A DNA stretch of 64,000 nucleotides from the human T2T-CHM13v2.0 reference genome, Homo sapiens. Position numbers and translations under genes: made by a program. Every line of letters starts with the position of its first letter. The stretch's first letter is position 1. The notes beneath the pieces were generated by a model. That model was not told where the DNA came from, did no database searches, and saw only the letters and a list, made by a program, of their open reading frames with translations. The DNA is taken from the NCBI RefSeq assembly GCF_009914755.1, contig NC_060947.1, one strand, 5' to 3'. This document shows positions 1 to 11,523 of this stretch, in pieces.

Positions 1-1049
1 ATGATCAGCTCTACAATTAAAATTCCCCCATTATTTTGAATAATTTAAGCCTAAAGTGCAAACACAACTGGCAAGGAGGCAGCCCAGGTGAAATGGAAGA
101 AAAAAACTATTAGAACTCCCTTGAGGGTGATTCCCCATATCGCTGGGGGAAAACATATGGTTAGAGTTCTCTGTCCTTGGAGCTATTACGTTATCTGATT
201 AAACTTGCTGTGAAATAGACCCCATTGTCAAAGTTTCAGTGCCACAGAGACTGTACAGGGGGAGCCCAATCACCATCTGACCACTCACCAGGCATCTTGA
301 TTTACAACTCTATAAAACTGCAATATGCTTGCAATTCAGTCTATATCTTCTACCTTTACCCTTGAGGGAGCCTTTTCAGATTGAACCAGGAAAGTATAAC
401 AGCTTGCCCTTGTGGGCCCCTGTTAAGACATAGAAGCTTCACCTTCTGTTATATGCTTGTCCTTCCTTTCAATCTTACAACATGCTTAGCTTTGAACTAT
501 GGGTAATGGAGATACTTTAGGATGGCTTTATAATTTTATTTTATCTTTTTTTGTGTGTGCCACAAGTACACTTGCTCATTAAATCAAAGTCTGCTATATT
601 GTAATCTCCTAAAAGGCAGGAACTCTCTGTGAAAACTTGCCCAAAAGATTATGTATCAGAGAGAAAGATGTGACGGCCACCAATAATCCAGGGCTGTAGT
701 AACAGAAATGTAAGCAAAAGCATTCTAGGTGAGGACCATAGCCTGATTGGATAGGTTGGAGCACTCCTTTGGGAGTAAGGAGGAAAGCAAAGGGCAAGAT
801 CCAGAATATTCTATCCCTTTGGCATAAGGAATCTAGCTAGGCCAGTGAGGGAGCATCAAGCAAGATGAGAACCAATCCCATATCACAGGGTCACAGTAAA
901 ACACATTCCCTAGAGGTTTAGGAGAAACGGCAAAGTAGCAGTTCCTTTTATGACCAAATCACACAAACTTAAGAAATGTGTTACTTATCCACATAAATGT
1001 TGTGCTTTTTTAGAGGAAGAACTTGACTCTATAAGGGATGAAAACTTAC

Positions 1050-1112
1050 CATCTGCCTTTTGTTCTCAATAAGGTTTGATCCAATGATTCCAAGGAACGA
1101 TCCAAAGCCGAG
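1050..1112 (-). CDS. TMEM255A: TMEM255A coding exon 3 (63 nt, LGFGSFLGIIGSNLIENKRQM)
   Basis: Acceptor TTGCTTTGCAG|CTC and donor ATG|GTAAGT. Phase 0-0, continues the exon 2 frame. Confidence 0.95.
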
Positions 1113-1213
1113 CTGCAAAGCAATATGGCATACATAGTATGTGGGATGACAGTCAGGCTGACCACACAATCATTCCAGCCCCTTCATATGATTCAGGATA
1201 AAAGAAAAAACTG

Positions 1214-1544
<331 letters not shown>

Positions 1545-2715
1545 TTACACAAATACAGCATGTACAATAAAAGTATTTTTCCCACCATTTGCCAGTTTTC
1601 CCTTGTAGCTATGAATCATACCTAAGAAGAAACTTATGTGCCCAAAAACTAAAAGTAAAGGTCAACCATAGCTTTCAGAGCCTGCCTATTTCAATTGCAA
1701 TATCTATTACCTAGCATGTGACTGGTGAGTCAGTAAGAGACATATAATGATGAAAAGCACACATTATATTTTTATTTTTATCTTTTTTTTGAAAAAGACC
1801 TTCCACTTTGATGTATAGATCACAAAATAAAGGTTTGCAAAAGCAATTTTGATGCATCTGGCATACCAATCCAACTCAGGAAGTACTTTAGAAATCAGGA
1901 AGCACCTTAACCCACACTAAAAAATTTTTTTAAAAATCTTTTTTTTTGAAAGCCTGTATTTGTGGTTGACCCACTGCAATTTATGTTAGCACTTATTCAC
2001 CCCTTCTTCCATCCCTGCTTCATTTATGGACAGAAAGCATTCATTAAAGGGTGAACAGAAATGGCAGTGTAAAACCCTAAAAACAATTTTCCTGTCTAAG
2101 TGGCTGAGATTATGGCTTGGTATAACAGATCTCACTGCCCTCTCAGCTCTGCCATTAGAAGACTGAGTCTGCCAGTCTTAGATGAAAATGATCACTAACT
2201 GATAGCTGTTGATGGGGATGAAAGTGGAAGAAGTAAAAAGTGGTGAGAACGGACCAATAAATCTTAACACAAGTTCAGTGATGAAGTTACTTTTCTCTTT
2301 AGCCTCACTAATGGTCTGGGTTTCCATCTGCAGCCTTACTTTGGCTCACAGGGACATCTATTTCAATTTGAGACCCCCAAGCCTTGCACCTAGGTTTGGG
2401 AATCTAAGAGACCCAAGGGCTGGGCAGGAGCTTGGTAGGGCAGTGTAGGGGGACTGGGTGGCTGTCTCAGACCCCAAGAATGAGAGAATGAATGGAAGGA
2501 ATGAATGTAAATCTCCAGGACTCCTTGTGCAGGGCCACTCAGACAGCAATGTCTCTTGGGAAACAGATGCTGCAGTGCATGAGGGTAATATCCAAGACTC
2601 TACTGAGAACATCCTCATTCAACAGTCAAGCAATGCCTGTCTCCCACCTGGTCTTATTTCAGATATAATTAAAATATGTTGCCATAAAATATACTGATTA
2701 AAACTTAGTTATCAC

Positions 2716-2925
2716 ACTAGCCTGGCTTCCAACCCCAGCTCTTCTATGTCTGTGTAACCTTGAACAAACTGGTTAAGCTCTCTAAACCTCAATTTTCTTA
2801 TATTGTAAAAATAGGAACCACAGTAGTGACTACCTTATAGGGCTTTTGTGAGAATTAACCAGGATAATACATTCAAAGAACTTTGCACAGCACCTGGTAC
2901 ACAGTAAGTACTCAGTAAATATTAC
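2716..2925 (+). mobile_element. MIR SINE
   Basis: MIR core (accttgaacaaac...ctcaattttcttatattgtaaaa...ttgtgagaattaa...acacagtaagtactcagtaaat). Confidence 0.7.
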
Positions 2926-3442
2926 TTTTTTCTAGTGATTATTATTATTTTTACAGCCATTTAACTTTTGAGCCACTCTAACCTGACTTGAGCTGGAAAA
3001 TCTTATAATTATGTGCTCTATTTTGTGCTAAGAGAATTTCCTTGTTCCATCTTGTCTCCCCCTCTGATGTTCCACGGCTTCTATTTTTTAGGAGAAAATC
3101 CATGAATAGTCTCTCCTTTTGGCACTCTGGGCCACTTGTTGAGTTGAGAGAAATTTGGAGGCAGCTTCTTACGGGAAAAATAAGTCCTTTTACTTAACAA
3201 TTCATCAGCTTCCAAAGGTATTCGCAGAATGTCTCCTGAATCGTGATAGCAGTCTTTGTCCTAAGACAGGAAGCAAAGACACTCTCTATTCCTCATATTC
3301 TCTCATGGCAAATAACTCTCTGATGGCAGTGACCAGAAGAGGTGGGTGGAAGTCTTGTGGAATTGTCTGGAAAGACAAGGCACTCCAGAACTGGAAATCC
3401 CAGGCCAGCCAGTTACTTCATCCAGTTATCTCCCCTTCTCCT

Positions 3443-3502
3443 CTATTCTATTCTATTCTATTCTATTCTATTCTATTCTATTCTATTCTATTCTATTCTA
3501 TT
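3443..3502. repeat. (CTATT)12 microsatellite
   Basis: Perfect pentamer array read directly. Confidence 0.95.
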
Positions 3503-3677
3503 CCACTCCAATGCATTCAGTTTTCTGACGTTCACTACTAGCTTTATGTCAGATGAATAAGAAGACATGGCTACTGTCCTCCAAGAGCTCACGGTCTAGT
3601 AAGGGAGAGACAGACTGGGTTAAGGACCACAGACCAGGTAAAAACAAAGTGCTATAGGAGCAGGGAATAATTCACGC

Positions 3678-4226
3678 AGCCAGGAATATAATATATATAT
3701 ATTATATTATAATATAATATATATTATAATATAATATATATTATATTTAATATATATATTAAATATATTTAGTTAAATAAATTTAATATATATTAAATAT
3801 ATTATATTATATTATATTATATATTATATATATTAAATATATTATATATCATATATAATATATATGATATATAATATATATCATATATAATATATAATAT
3901 ATTATATATCATATATATTATATATGATATATATAATATTATATATATATTATATATAATATTATATATAATATTATATATATATTATATATAATATATA
4001 ATATTATATATATTATATATATATTATATATAATATATAATATTATATATATTATATATATATAATATATAATATATAATATAATATATATAATATTATA
4101 TATATTATATTATATTATAATATATATAATATTATATATATTATATTATATTATAATATATAATATTATATATATTATATTATATTATAATATATATATT
4201 ATATATAATATAATATATTCCTGGCT
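3678..4226. repeat. AT-rich quasi-palindromic repeat with inverted-repeat ends (PATRR-like)
   Basis: About 530 bp of almost pure A/T between AGCCAGGAATATA (3678-3690) and its exact reverse complement TATATTCCTGGCT (4214-4226). Confidence 0.85.
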
Positions 4227-4402
4227 CTGCTACTTATAAACTCTGTGCCCTTGGCCCAATTCCTTAACCACTCTGTGCTTTGGTTTCATCATCTATAAAA
4301 TGGGAATCATAATAGAGCCTGCCATACAGGGTTGCTTTGAGGATTATATGAGATGAAGTATGTAGTGTGATTTGCATAAGGTAGGCTGCTAAATAAATGG
4401 TA
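4218..4402 (+). mobile_element. MIR SINE
   Basis: cctggctctgctactt...ccttaaccactctgtgcttt...catctataaaatggga MIR core. Confidence 0.7.
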
Positions 4403-5397
4403 GTGCTAAGGTTTCATAGAGGAGGAGACATTTTTGTATGCGCTCAAAAGATGGATTAGAGCTCAGCAGGCAGGGAACTAATACGTATTGAGTCATGGCT
4501 GGAAGAATTCACTTACCTGGATGACAGGTTAATGAACTCACCAGTGTTGCTAAAACAATCTTCCATTTCAAAAGCATTTTAAGTTAAAGAAGCACTTGCC
4601 CCCTACTTTGGTCACAGGAATACTATGGAGTTTGGTGGAATTCATATCATTCCCATTTGATAGACAGGAAAATGAAGGCATAGATAATTGTAAAGATGTA
4701 TGCCCTCTTATAGCAAGTTAATGGTAGGTCTGGGACTAGCTCTCGGGTCCCCTGAATAACAGCTTGAGTTCTTTTAGCCACACCTCGCTGCATTTGTGAC
4801 CAGTGCTAGTAGAATTGTGACCTCCAAGCAACAAGGACTTCATTGTTGCCCCCTAGAGAAGAAGTTCTCTGCAAGGATGGAGTGAGAAGTCTTATTTGCG
4901 GAAGAGCTGAGGGGTTGAAAATAAAGAAGGGAAAACCAACAGTTTCCTTAAAATGGACAGCTGCTTCTAAACAATTGCTTGCTCCCCTGAGACCTCAGAA
5001 AGGTAAGCTCTGTGGTCTCCCCTCAAGAGCTTCATGGAATCATGTAATGTTCAGACCTTTGGACCTCCATCTTGATTCCCCATTACCTGAACAAATAACT
5101 AGTTTGCTTTGTTTTGGCTGTCCTCCACTTGTGGAAAAAAAAAAAAGACAGATGATTAGATATCAAAGTCAGATTCAAGGGCTTTTTTGAGGCTGGACTC
5201 TTGTCACCTATGCCTGTTCCCATTCACTGTCCCAGACATCTAGGACAAAGGCTAAAAAAATTAGTCATTAGGTAAATATTAATTGGACATCTACTCTGGC
5301 TGGCAGTGTGTTCGATCTGTAATTTGGAGGCCAGGAGGTGGGATGGGGTATGATCAAGACCACTCAGGCTAAAGGAGCTCATACTACAATTAGGTAA

Positions 5398-5726
5398 ACC
5401 AGTCCACAATCCCTTTCCATAATCCTGAAATCCACAAAGTTCTTAAAATAAAAAAGTGTTTTTTTTTCTTGAATGTAACTAACTTGGTGGCAAAACCTGA
5501 TCTTGAACTGATGTGAGGTTATATTATCATCTTTATCTCACTTAGTTTAAAAATCCATGTTTTATTATAGAAACATGAGGTGCTTGATTATGGGATGCTT
5601 CTCAAGGCTCTACTTGGTTGTTAGATAATATGTGGTATATGTATTGTATAATTTTTCTAAAATAAGAAGTCTAAATTCTGAATCCCATCTGACCCAAGGG
5701 TTCAGAGAAGGGATTGAGGGCCTATA
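5398..5726. mobile_element. Old Tigger-type (TcMar) DNA transposon remnant
   Basis: Degenerate inverted ends gtccacaatccctt ... aagggattgagggc; subfamily uncertain. Confidence 0.45.
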
Positions 5727-5909
5727 TAAACAAAGCTAAATGAGAATATAGCCCAACAGATGCCACAAAGCAGGACACAAGTGTTTTCCAGCAACCATGA
5801 ATAGGAGGAATCTACAGTAGGGAGTTCAAAGATGTAGACACCACTGTGGACCTCAGTATTTGAGACATGTTTCTGCTGTGTTTTTAAGTTGGGATAGAAC
5901 AGAGCACCT

Positions 5910-5940
<31 letters not shown>

Positions 5941-6177
5941 AGGGAGGATATTCTAGGCATGAGGAAAAAATGTTATGACGGCCCCAAGGCAGAAAAGCCC
6001 AAGTCGTGTTCAGAGGACTGTGAATTGGCAATTTTTGCAAAAGAGAAGTAATGAGAGACTAGGCTGAGGGCATCTATGGAGAGCTCTGAATGACATGCCA
6101 AGGAAGCAACAGGGAGCCAATGAAGGTGAGAACCTTGTGGTATTATAAAAGTCTTATCCAGCAAATCAAGATTCAAA

Positions 6178-6645
6178 TGTATTTATTTATTTAGAGACAG
6201 GATCTCACTCTGTCACCCAGTCTGGAATTCAGTGGTGCAAACAAGGCTCACTCTAGCCTCGAACTCCTGGGCTCAGGCAATCCTCCTGCCTAAGCTTCCT
6301 GAGTAGCTGGGACTACAGGCCTGAGCCACTGTACCTAGCTAATTCTTAATTTTTTTATAGAGACAAAGTTTTGCTATGTTGCCCAGGCTGGAGAGCAGTG
6401 GTGAGATCCTAGCTCATTGCAGCCGGCCTCGACCTCCTGGGCTCAAGGAACCCCCTTGCCTCAGCCTCCTAAGTAGCTGGGACTACAGGTGTGCACCACC
6501 ACACCTGGCTAATTTTAAAATTTCTTATAGAGATGGGGGTCTCACTTTGTTGCCCAGACTGGTCTCGAATGCCTGGCCTCAAATGATCTTCCTGCCTCGG
6601 CCTCCCAAAGTGATGGGATTACAGGCATGAGCCACTGTACCCAGC
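6178..6645 (-). mobile_element. AluJ-type three-monomer composite
   Basis: Right monomer 6178-6358, left/right chimeric monomer ~6359-6527, left monomer ~6528-6645. Confidence 0.75.
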
Positions 6646-7347
6646 CCAGGTGCCATTTTAAAAATGTACTTAGTAAGTGAGGGACTTATATTTTAGAATG
6701 AACTTAGATTTTAGAAACATTTTCAAACAAGAGGTAGAAACTTTTTCACCTCCTGTTGAAAATCTTTCTGCCTAATTCACTATTTACTACAAAATCCCAC
6801 TATCCAGAGCTCCTTATGTTTTCTGAGCATTCATGTTAATCAAAATTTCTTTGGACTTTTCCAAGGAGTCTTTACATGTGAATCTGAGGCCACACTGACC
6901 TAAAGAAGGTTTCTGGGATCTTGATTGTTTTGAATGATCCCTGTTGTCCCCATCTCCTAATATCCCACAGTAACTCTGAAATGATTTTCAATTAACTGAC
7001 TCTCCTACCCACTCCCTGGGAAAGGGGGCAGAAATTCTTGCTCTCTTTCCTGAAAGAAGACTCAGGCTAGTATGCGCCCTAATAGTATCAATATAGCAGC
7101 TGAGGAGAGGGTGCAAGAATGAAAGGCTTGTCTCACTATCCAGGGGACCAACTCCATCTTGTGGGTTGCTTGGGAAACACATTTAGAGGCCTCTTTTTCC
7201 TGCATCTAAGGTAAGAGGAGGTGTACCGGGAAGCAGCAATCACCCTCCCCTGTCTCTTTCAGCTTCAGGCAACAAATGAAGCTCTTGGGTTTTTAGGCCT
7301 TCAGAGTAGAAAGCTCATCTGAACCCTCCTGAAATAAAATGCCTTGA

Positions 7348-7726
<379 letters not shown>

Positions 7727-7742
7727 GTTTTTAGTTTTTAAA

Positions 7743-8053
7743 TTTTATTTATTTATTTATTTGAGACAGTCTTGCTTTGTGGCCCAGGCTGGAGCCCAGT
7801 GGGGTGAGTGATCATGGTTCACTGCAGCCTTAACCTCCTGAGCTCAAGAGATCCTCTTACCTCATCCTGTCGAGTAGCTGGGACCAGAGGCGTGCACCAC
7901 CATACTTGGCTAATTTTTTATATATATACTTTTTGTAGAGATGGCGTCTCACCACGTTGCCCAGGCTGGACTTGAACTCCTGGCCTCAAGCTATCCTCCC
8001 ACCTCAGCCTCCCTAAGTGCTGTGATTACAAGCATGTGCCACCGTGCCCAGCC
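7743..8053 (-). mobile_element. AluJ
   Basis: Reverse-complement Alu dimer with (TTTA)n tail. Confidence 0.88.
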
Positions 8054-8684
8054 TGGTTTTAGTTTTTTTAAAACTTTACAGTTCAGACTGTACAGACTAG
8101 CACATCTTTACAGAGGCATGTGTGCGTATGTCTCTTAGAACGATGATACCACATGCTAGCTCAGGTAGAGTAGCTAACATGCCATGATAATGCACCTCAC
8201 TGTACAAAGATATCTCATTTGGCAAAATAAAGATGCTCCCAAAAAGCTTCACGTGACTTAGAATTATGCAAATTGAGTTATATTTTAAGTACCTGAGATC
8301 ACAATATTTAAATGATTTGTATGGTAAGTCTTCTTTTAATCTAATAACTTCTCCCTAATTTGTCTGTTTTGAAAATTTAAATTCTCATGGATTGTTAACA
8401 CATTTAATCAGAGTCTAAAACAGCAGAGTTCTAAATAAGCTGAAACTTTTTCACAGTTCTATACATTAGTAATTTATATTTAAAGTGACCACTTTGACAG
8501 TGCAGAATCTCCAGATGACACATTATGATCCTTCTGGTTTTATTGCTAAGCATATTTTACTGTGTGTTAATTCTCCAGGTGGTTGCTAGTCCACCTGAAT
8601 TAGACTCCCCCCACCCCCCACGGATTCTTTCCCCTCAGGTGGATTCAACATTTATTACTTTTTCAATCAAAGGTTAGTTTATGA

Positions 8685-8818
8685 AAAGAAAATTCAGATT
8701 GCCAGGGCCCATGCAGACCAACTGAATCAGAATCTCTTGGGCTAGGGAGTAGAGATCTGCATTTTTTGCAGGTTCACAAGGTCATTCTTATTCACATCAG
8801 AGTGGGGAAACCACTGGT
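8685..8818. mobile_element. MER5-like hAT MITE fragment
   Basis: cagacc-aactgaatcagaatctc...gatctgcattttt...aaaccactg motifs typical of MER5. Confidence 0.6.
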
Positions 8819-10187
8819 TTGGAGTTTCTATAGTAACTCCCTAATAACCAAGCTATTCAGTTAATGAAAGTACCCCATTCCCAGACAAATCTGGATTCTC
8901 AGGCGTTTACTGTTTCTGAGGTATGAGTCGTAATTGTATTTGTTACAACGTGATCTGACCTATAAACTCAAATGGATTTTTCTGCTATTCAATCTGCTGT
9001 CTTTTCCCCTTTATTTTATGTAATTAAAATGCATTTTAAAGAAGCAATCTCCAGGAACTATGAGAGCACATTTTTAAAGGTTAAATCATGGGGGCACAGT
9101 GTCCGTTAGGGATGGCTTTCCTATTAACACTTCCATATTAGCTCTTAGTGAACCACTCACACGCAAACACACGCCCCCACTGCTTCAACTTCTAGTGCTA
9201 GCTGAACATCAGGTACTTGAATAACAGCAATCAGGCACCCTCCTTCCTTTGTTAACGTATTCCAACCTAGCCACCCACAGTAAGATATTCCACAGAGAAG
9301 GTTCACAGCCACTGTTTATGAATAGGAGTTCATACTCTTAAATAACATGGAAAATACCTTCCCCTCACCCACAGAGACTCTAAATCTTGGCTTCAGCATT
9401 TGCTCATCAGTCAGAAATATTTTACTAATGCAGCTACCTGAAATACACAAAGTCAAGCAGACCCTATAAATTGCTTTTCCAAGCCACCGAAATGCTATCT
9501 TACCCCCTCTGTTCCTCCCTGCACACCCACCCCCCGACCCCCCACCGGCTTTGCTTGTGTTTAAAAATAAAACCCAATTCTGCTGACGACTGGTTTTCTT
9601 GCCTCACCACAGGAAGTGCACTGGGTGAGTTCTCACATCACATGTTTAACACAGGGCACCAAACAGTGTCTGTGGGTCACCTGCCCTCAGCTGGGAGGAG
9701 CCCTGCCTGCCCTGGAGCTGTGGAGGCACTTCCCCCAGCAGCCTTCAGCTCCAGGAAGGCATAGCCTGCAGCCCACTTTAGGTCCCAGCTTCTCAAGAGC
9801 TATTGAGGAGGCTGACTGTGGAATGAAATCAGTGACCTAGGCAACAGGCTCCAGGCTTGGTCACTTATAGCTCTGGCTTGTCCAAGGCATCATCTTTAAT
9901 CTCCCCTCTCGCTTTGCTTCTCTCTCCAATCCCCACCTCTCTCTCTCTCTCTCATTTCATTTCAAAGAGAAATGAAACAAAACAACAACAAAAAATACAT
10001 CTGACCTCTTTGCTGTACTAAAATATTTCTTAACTGAATTGTCCTAAAGGTCCTTCTGCTCTCTAACAATTGAGGAGCCATTTAATTGGTGTTTAAAATA
10101 TGATCTCACCTCTAGAGTTAGGTTTTTGGGTTCAACAGCAGTGTACGTAGACTCAAATTAGGTTTTGGTTTTTCTAATGCAACTAGT

Positions 10188-10977
10188 TTAGCAGTCTCCA
10201 AAGGGAACTGCATGCACCCTAGGGTAGATAAAACAATCCACTGGAATACGGCTGTTTCCTATTTATTGTTTATCTAAAATAATAAGAAACCAAACATTAC
10301 TAATATTTAATAAACAGACTGTCACTGGCACCCTCTGTCCGTGTGAATGTCAGGTGATCAGGTGAACTATCCTTCTGGAGGAGGGCAAGTTCCAAGCAAC
10401 AAACGGTTGATGGTGGGGCATTTTATGTGTGCCTGGATTGTATTATCCAATTTTAACGAAACTAGTCTCAACAAAATGGATAAGAGGCTTGAAAAGATTC
10501 CTCTTGAGAAACCAGAAGTTGAAGATGACCCTAATAATGTAAGCAAACGTAAGCAACAAGAAAATGGCAGAGTTTAATACTTCTAACTCCCAGGGTAGAT
10601 TTTTGGCAGCCAAATTGTGATATTGACATTTAAAAACATGACTCCAATGACAGTCTAATCATATGGGATAAGAAGGCAGCCAAAAATATTCACAATTATC
10701 TAGTGGGCCATTTGAAATAAGGATTTAAAGCCACTGTCTTTAATGACAAGCTTCACACTAAGTGCATATTATCTGGTGACATTTTAGTTTGTGTTCACAT
10801 GAAGATATTAAAAGTTATTGTATACTTATTTTTATCTAATTTTTGAATGTTCATTTTTATATAAGTTTTATGAACATGTATATATATAATTTATAAGTGA
10901 ATAAATATACATATTTTAGGAACATATCTTCCACAGCTTTTTCTGATAGGAGTGCAGGATCACTTTGGAGATCAGTG
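10188..10977. mobile_element. hAT/Charlie-like DNA transposon fossil
   Basis: Inverted ends tctccaaag (~10194) / ctttggaga (~10963). Internal MDKRLEK-like short ORF (10347..10577) resembles a Charlie transposase N-terminus. Confidence 0.45.
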
Positions 10978-11380
10978 CTGTTGGTCAGAGTGTCAAGCTG
11001 CCAGGATCCTCAGATTTCAGGTGAGATCAGATGACCTCTATTATATATGGGAATGCAGATGCCCGGAGAGAAAGGACCTTAGCCTAAGGTTAACACTGCT
11101 GGTAACATCTCCTAAACCAGAAACCTGAGGTATTAAAGAGTGAGATGACTTGCTCAGGATCACACTGTTAGATAGGGATGGTGCTGGATTCTTCTGATTC
11201 TCAGTCCAGTGCTCTTCTTAGCGGGCCCAGAGTTGCCTCTCCACATAAATATACAGAGATACAAAGGAGGAAATCTGAGCAAACACTAGACACTCAAACA
11301 GAATTGAAAACTATCAGAGCAGAGCCAGAATTTCTGTAGACAGCAAGCTACTGCGACCTACCTGTGCCTTCTATACTTAC

Positions 11381-11523
11381 AATAACTCCGGGGTAATAAC
11401 CTCCTACAGTCACATTCTGGGTCCTGGTGGTTGCAGCAAGGCCCACTGTGAGAATTAACACGGACACAATAAGCAAAGTCACGGTGACATAGATGGAGTT
11501 TCGTTTCCTCCGATTGAATGCTC
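11381..11523 (-). CDS. TMEM255A: TMEM255A coding exon 2 (143 nt, GAFNRRKRNSIYVTVTLLIVSVLILTVGLAATTRTQNVTVGGYYPGVI; first TM helix and NVT sequon)
   Basis: Acceptor TCTCTCTGTGCTTTCAG|GA and donor ATT|GTAAGT. Lies within ORF-track 11348..11533. 58+143=201 nt keeps frame. Confidence 0.96.

Noticed and set aside
3155-3560. ORFs with (LFYSI)n repeats
   Set aside because: Translations of the (CTATT)n microsatellite.
3443-4226. Repeat arrays as possible CRISPR-like structures
   Set aside because: No repeat-spacer organisation and no cas genes; simple repeats in primate DNA.
11356-11380. Alternative exon 2 donor CAG|GTAGGT 19 nt downstream
   Set aside because: It would shift frame; the GTAAGT donor at 11380 already gives the expected protein, and there is no evidence of use.
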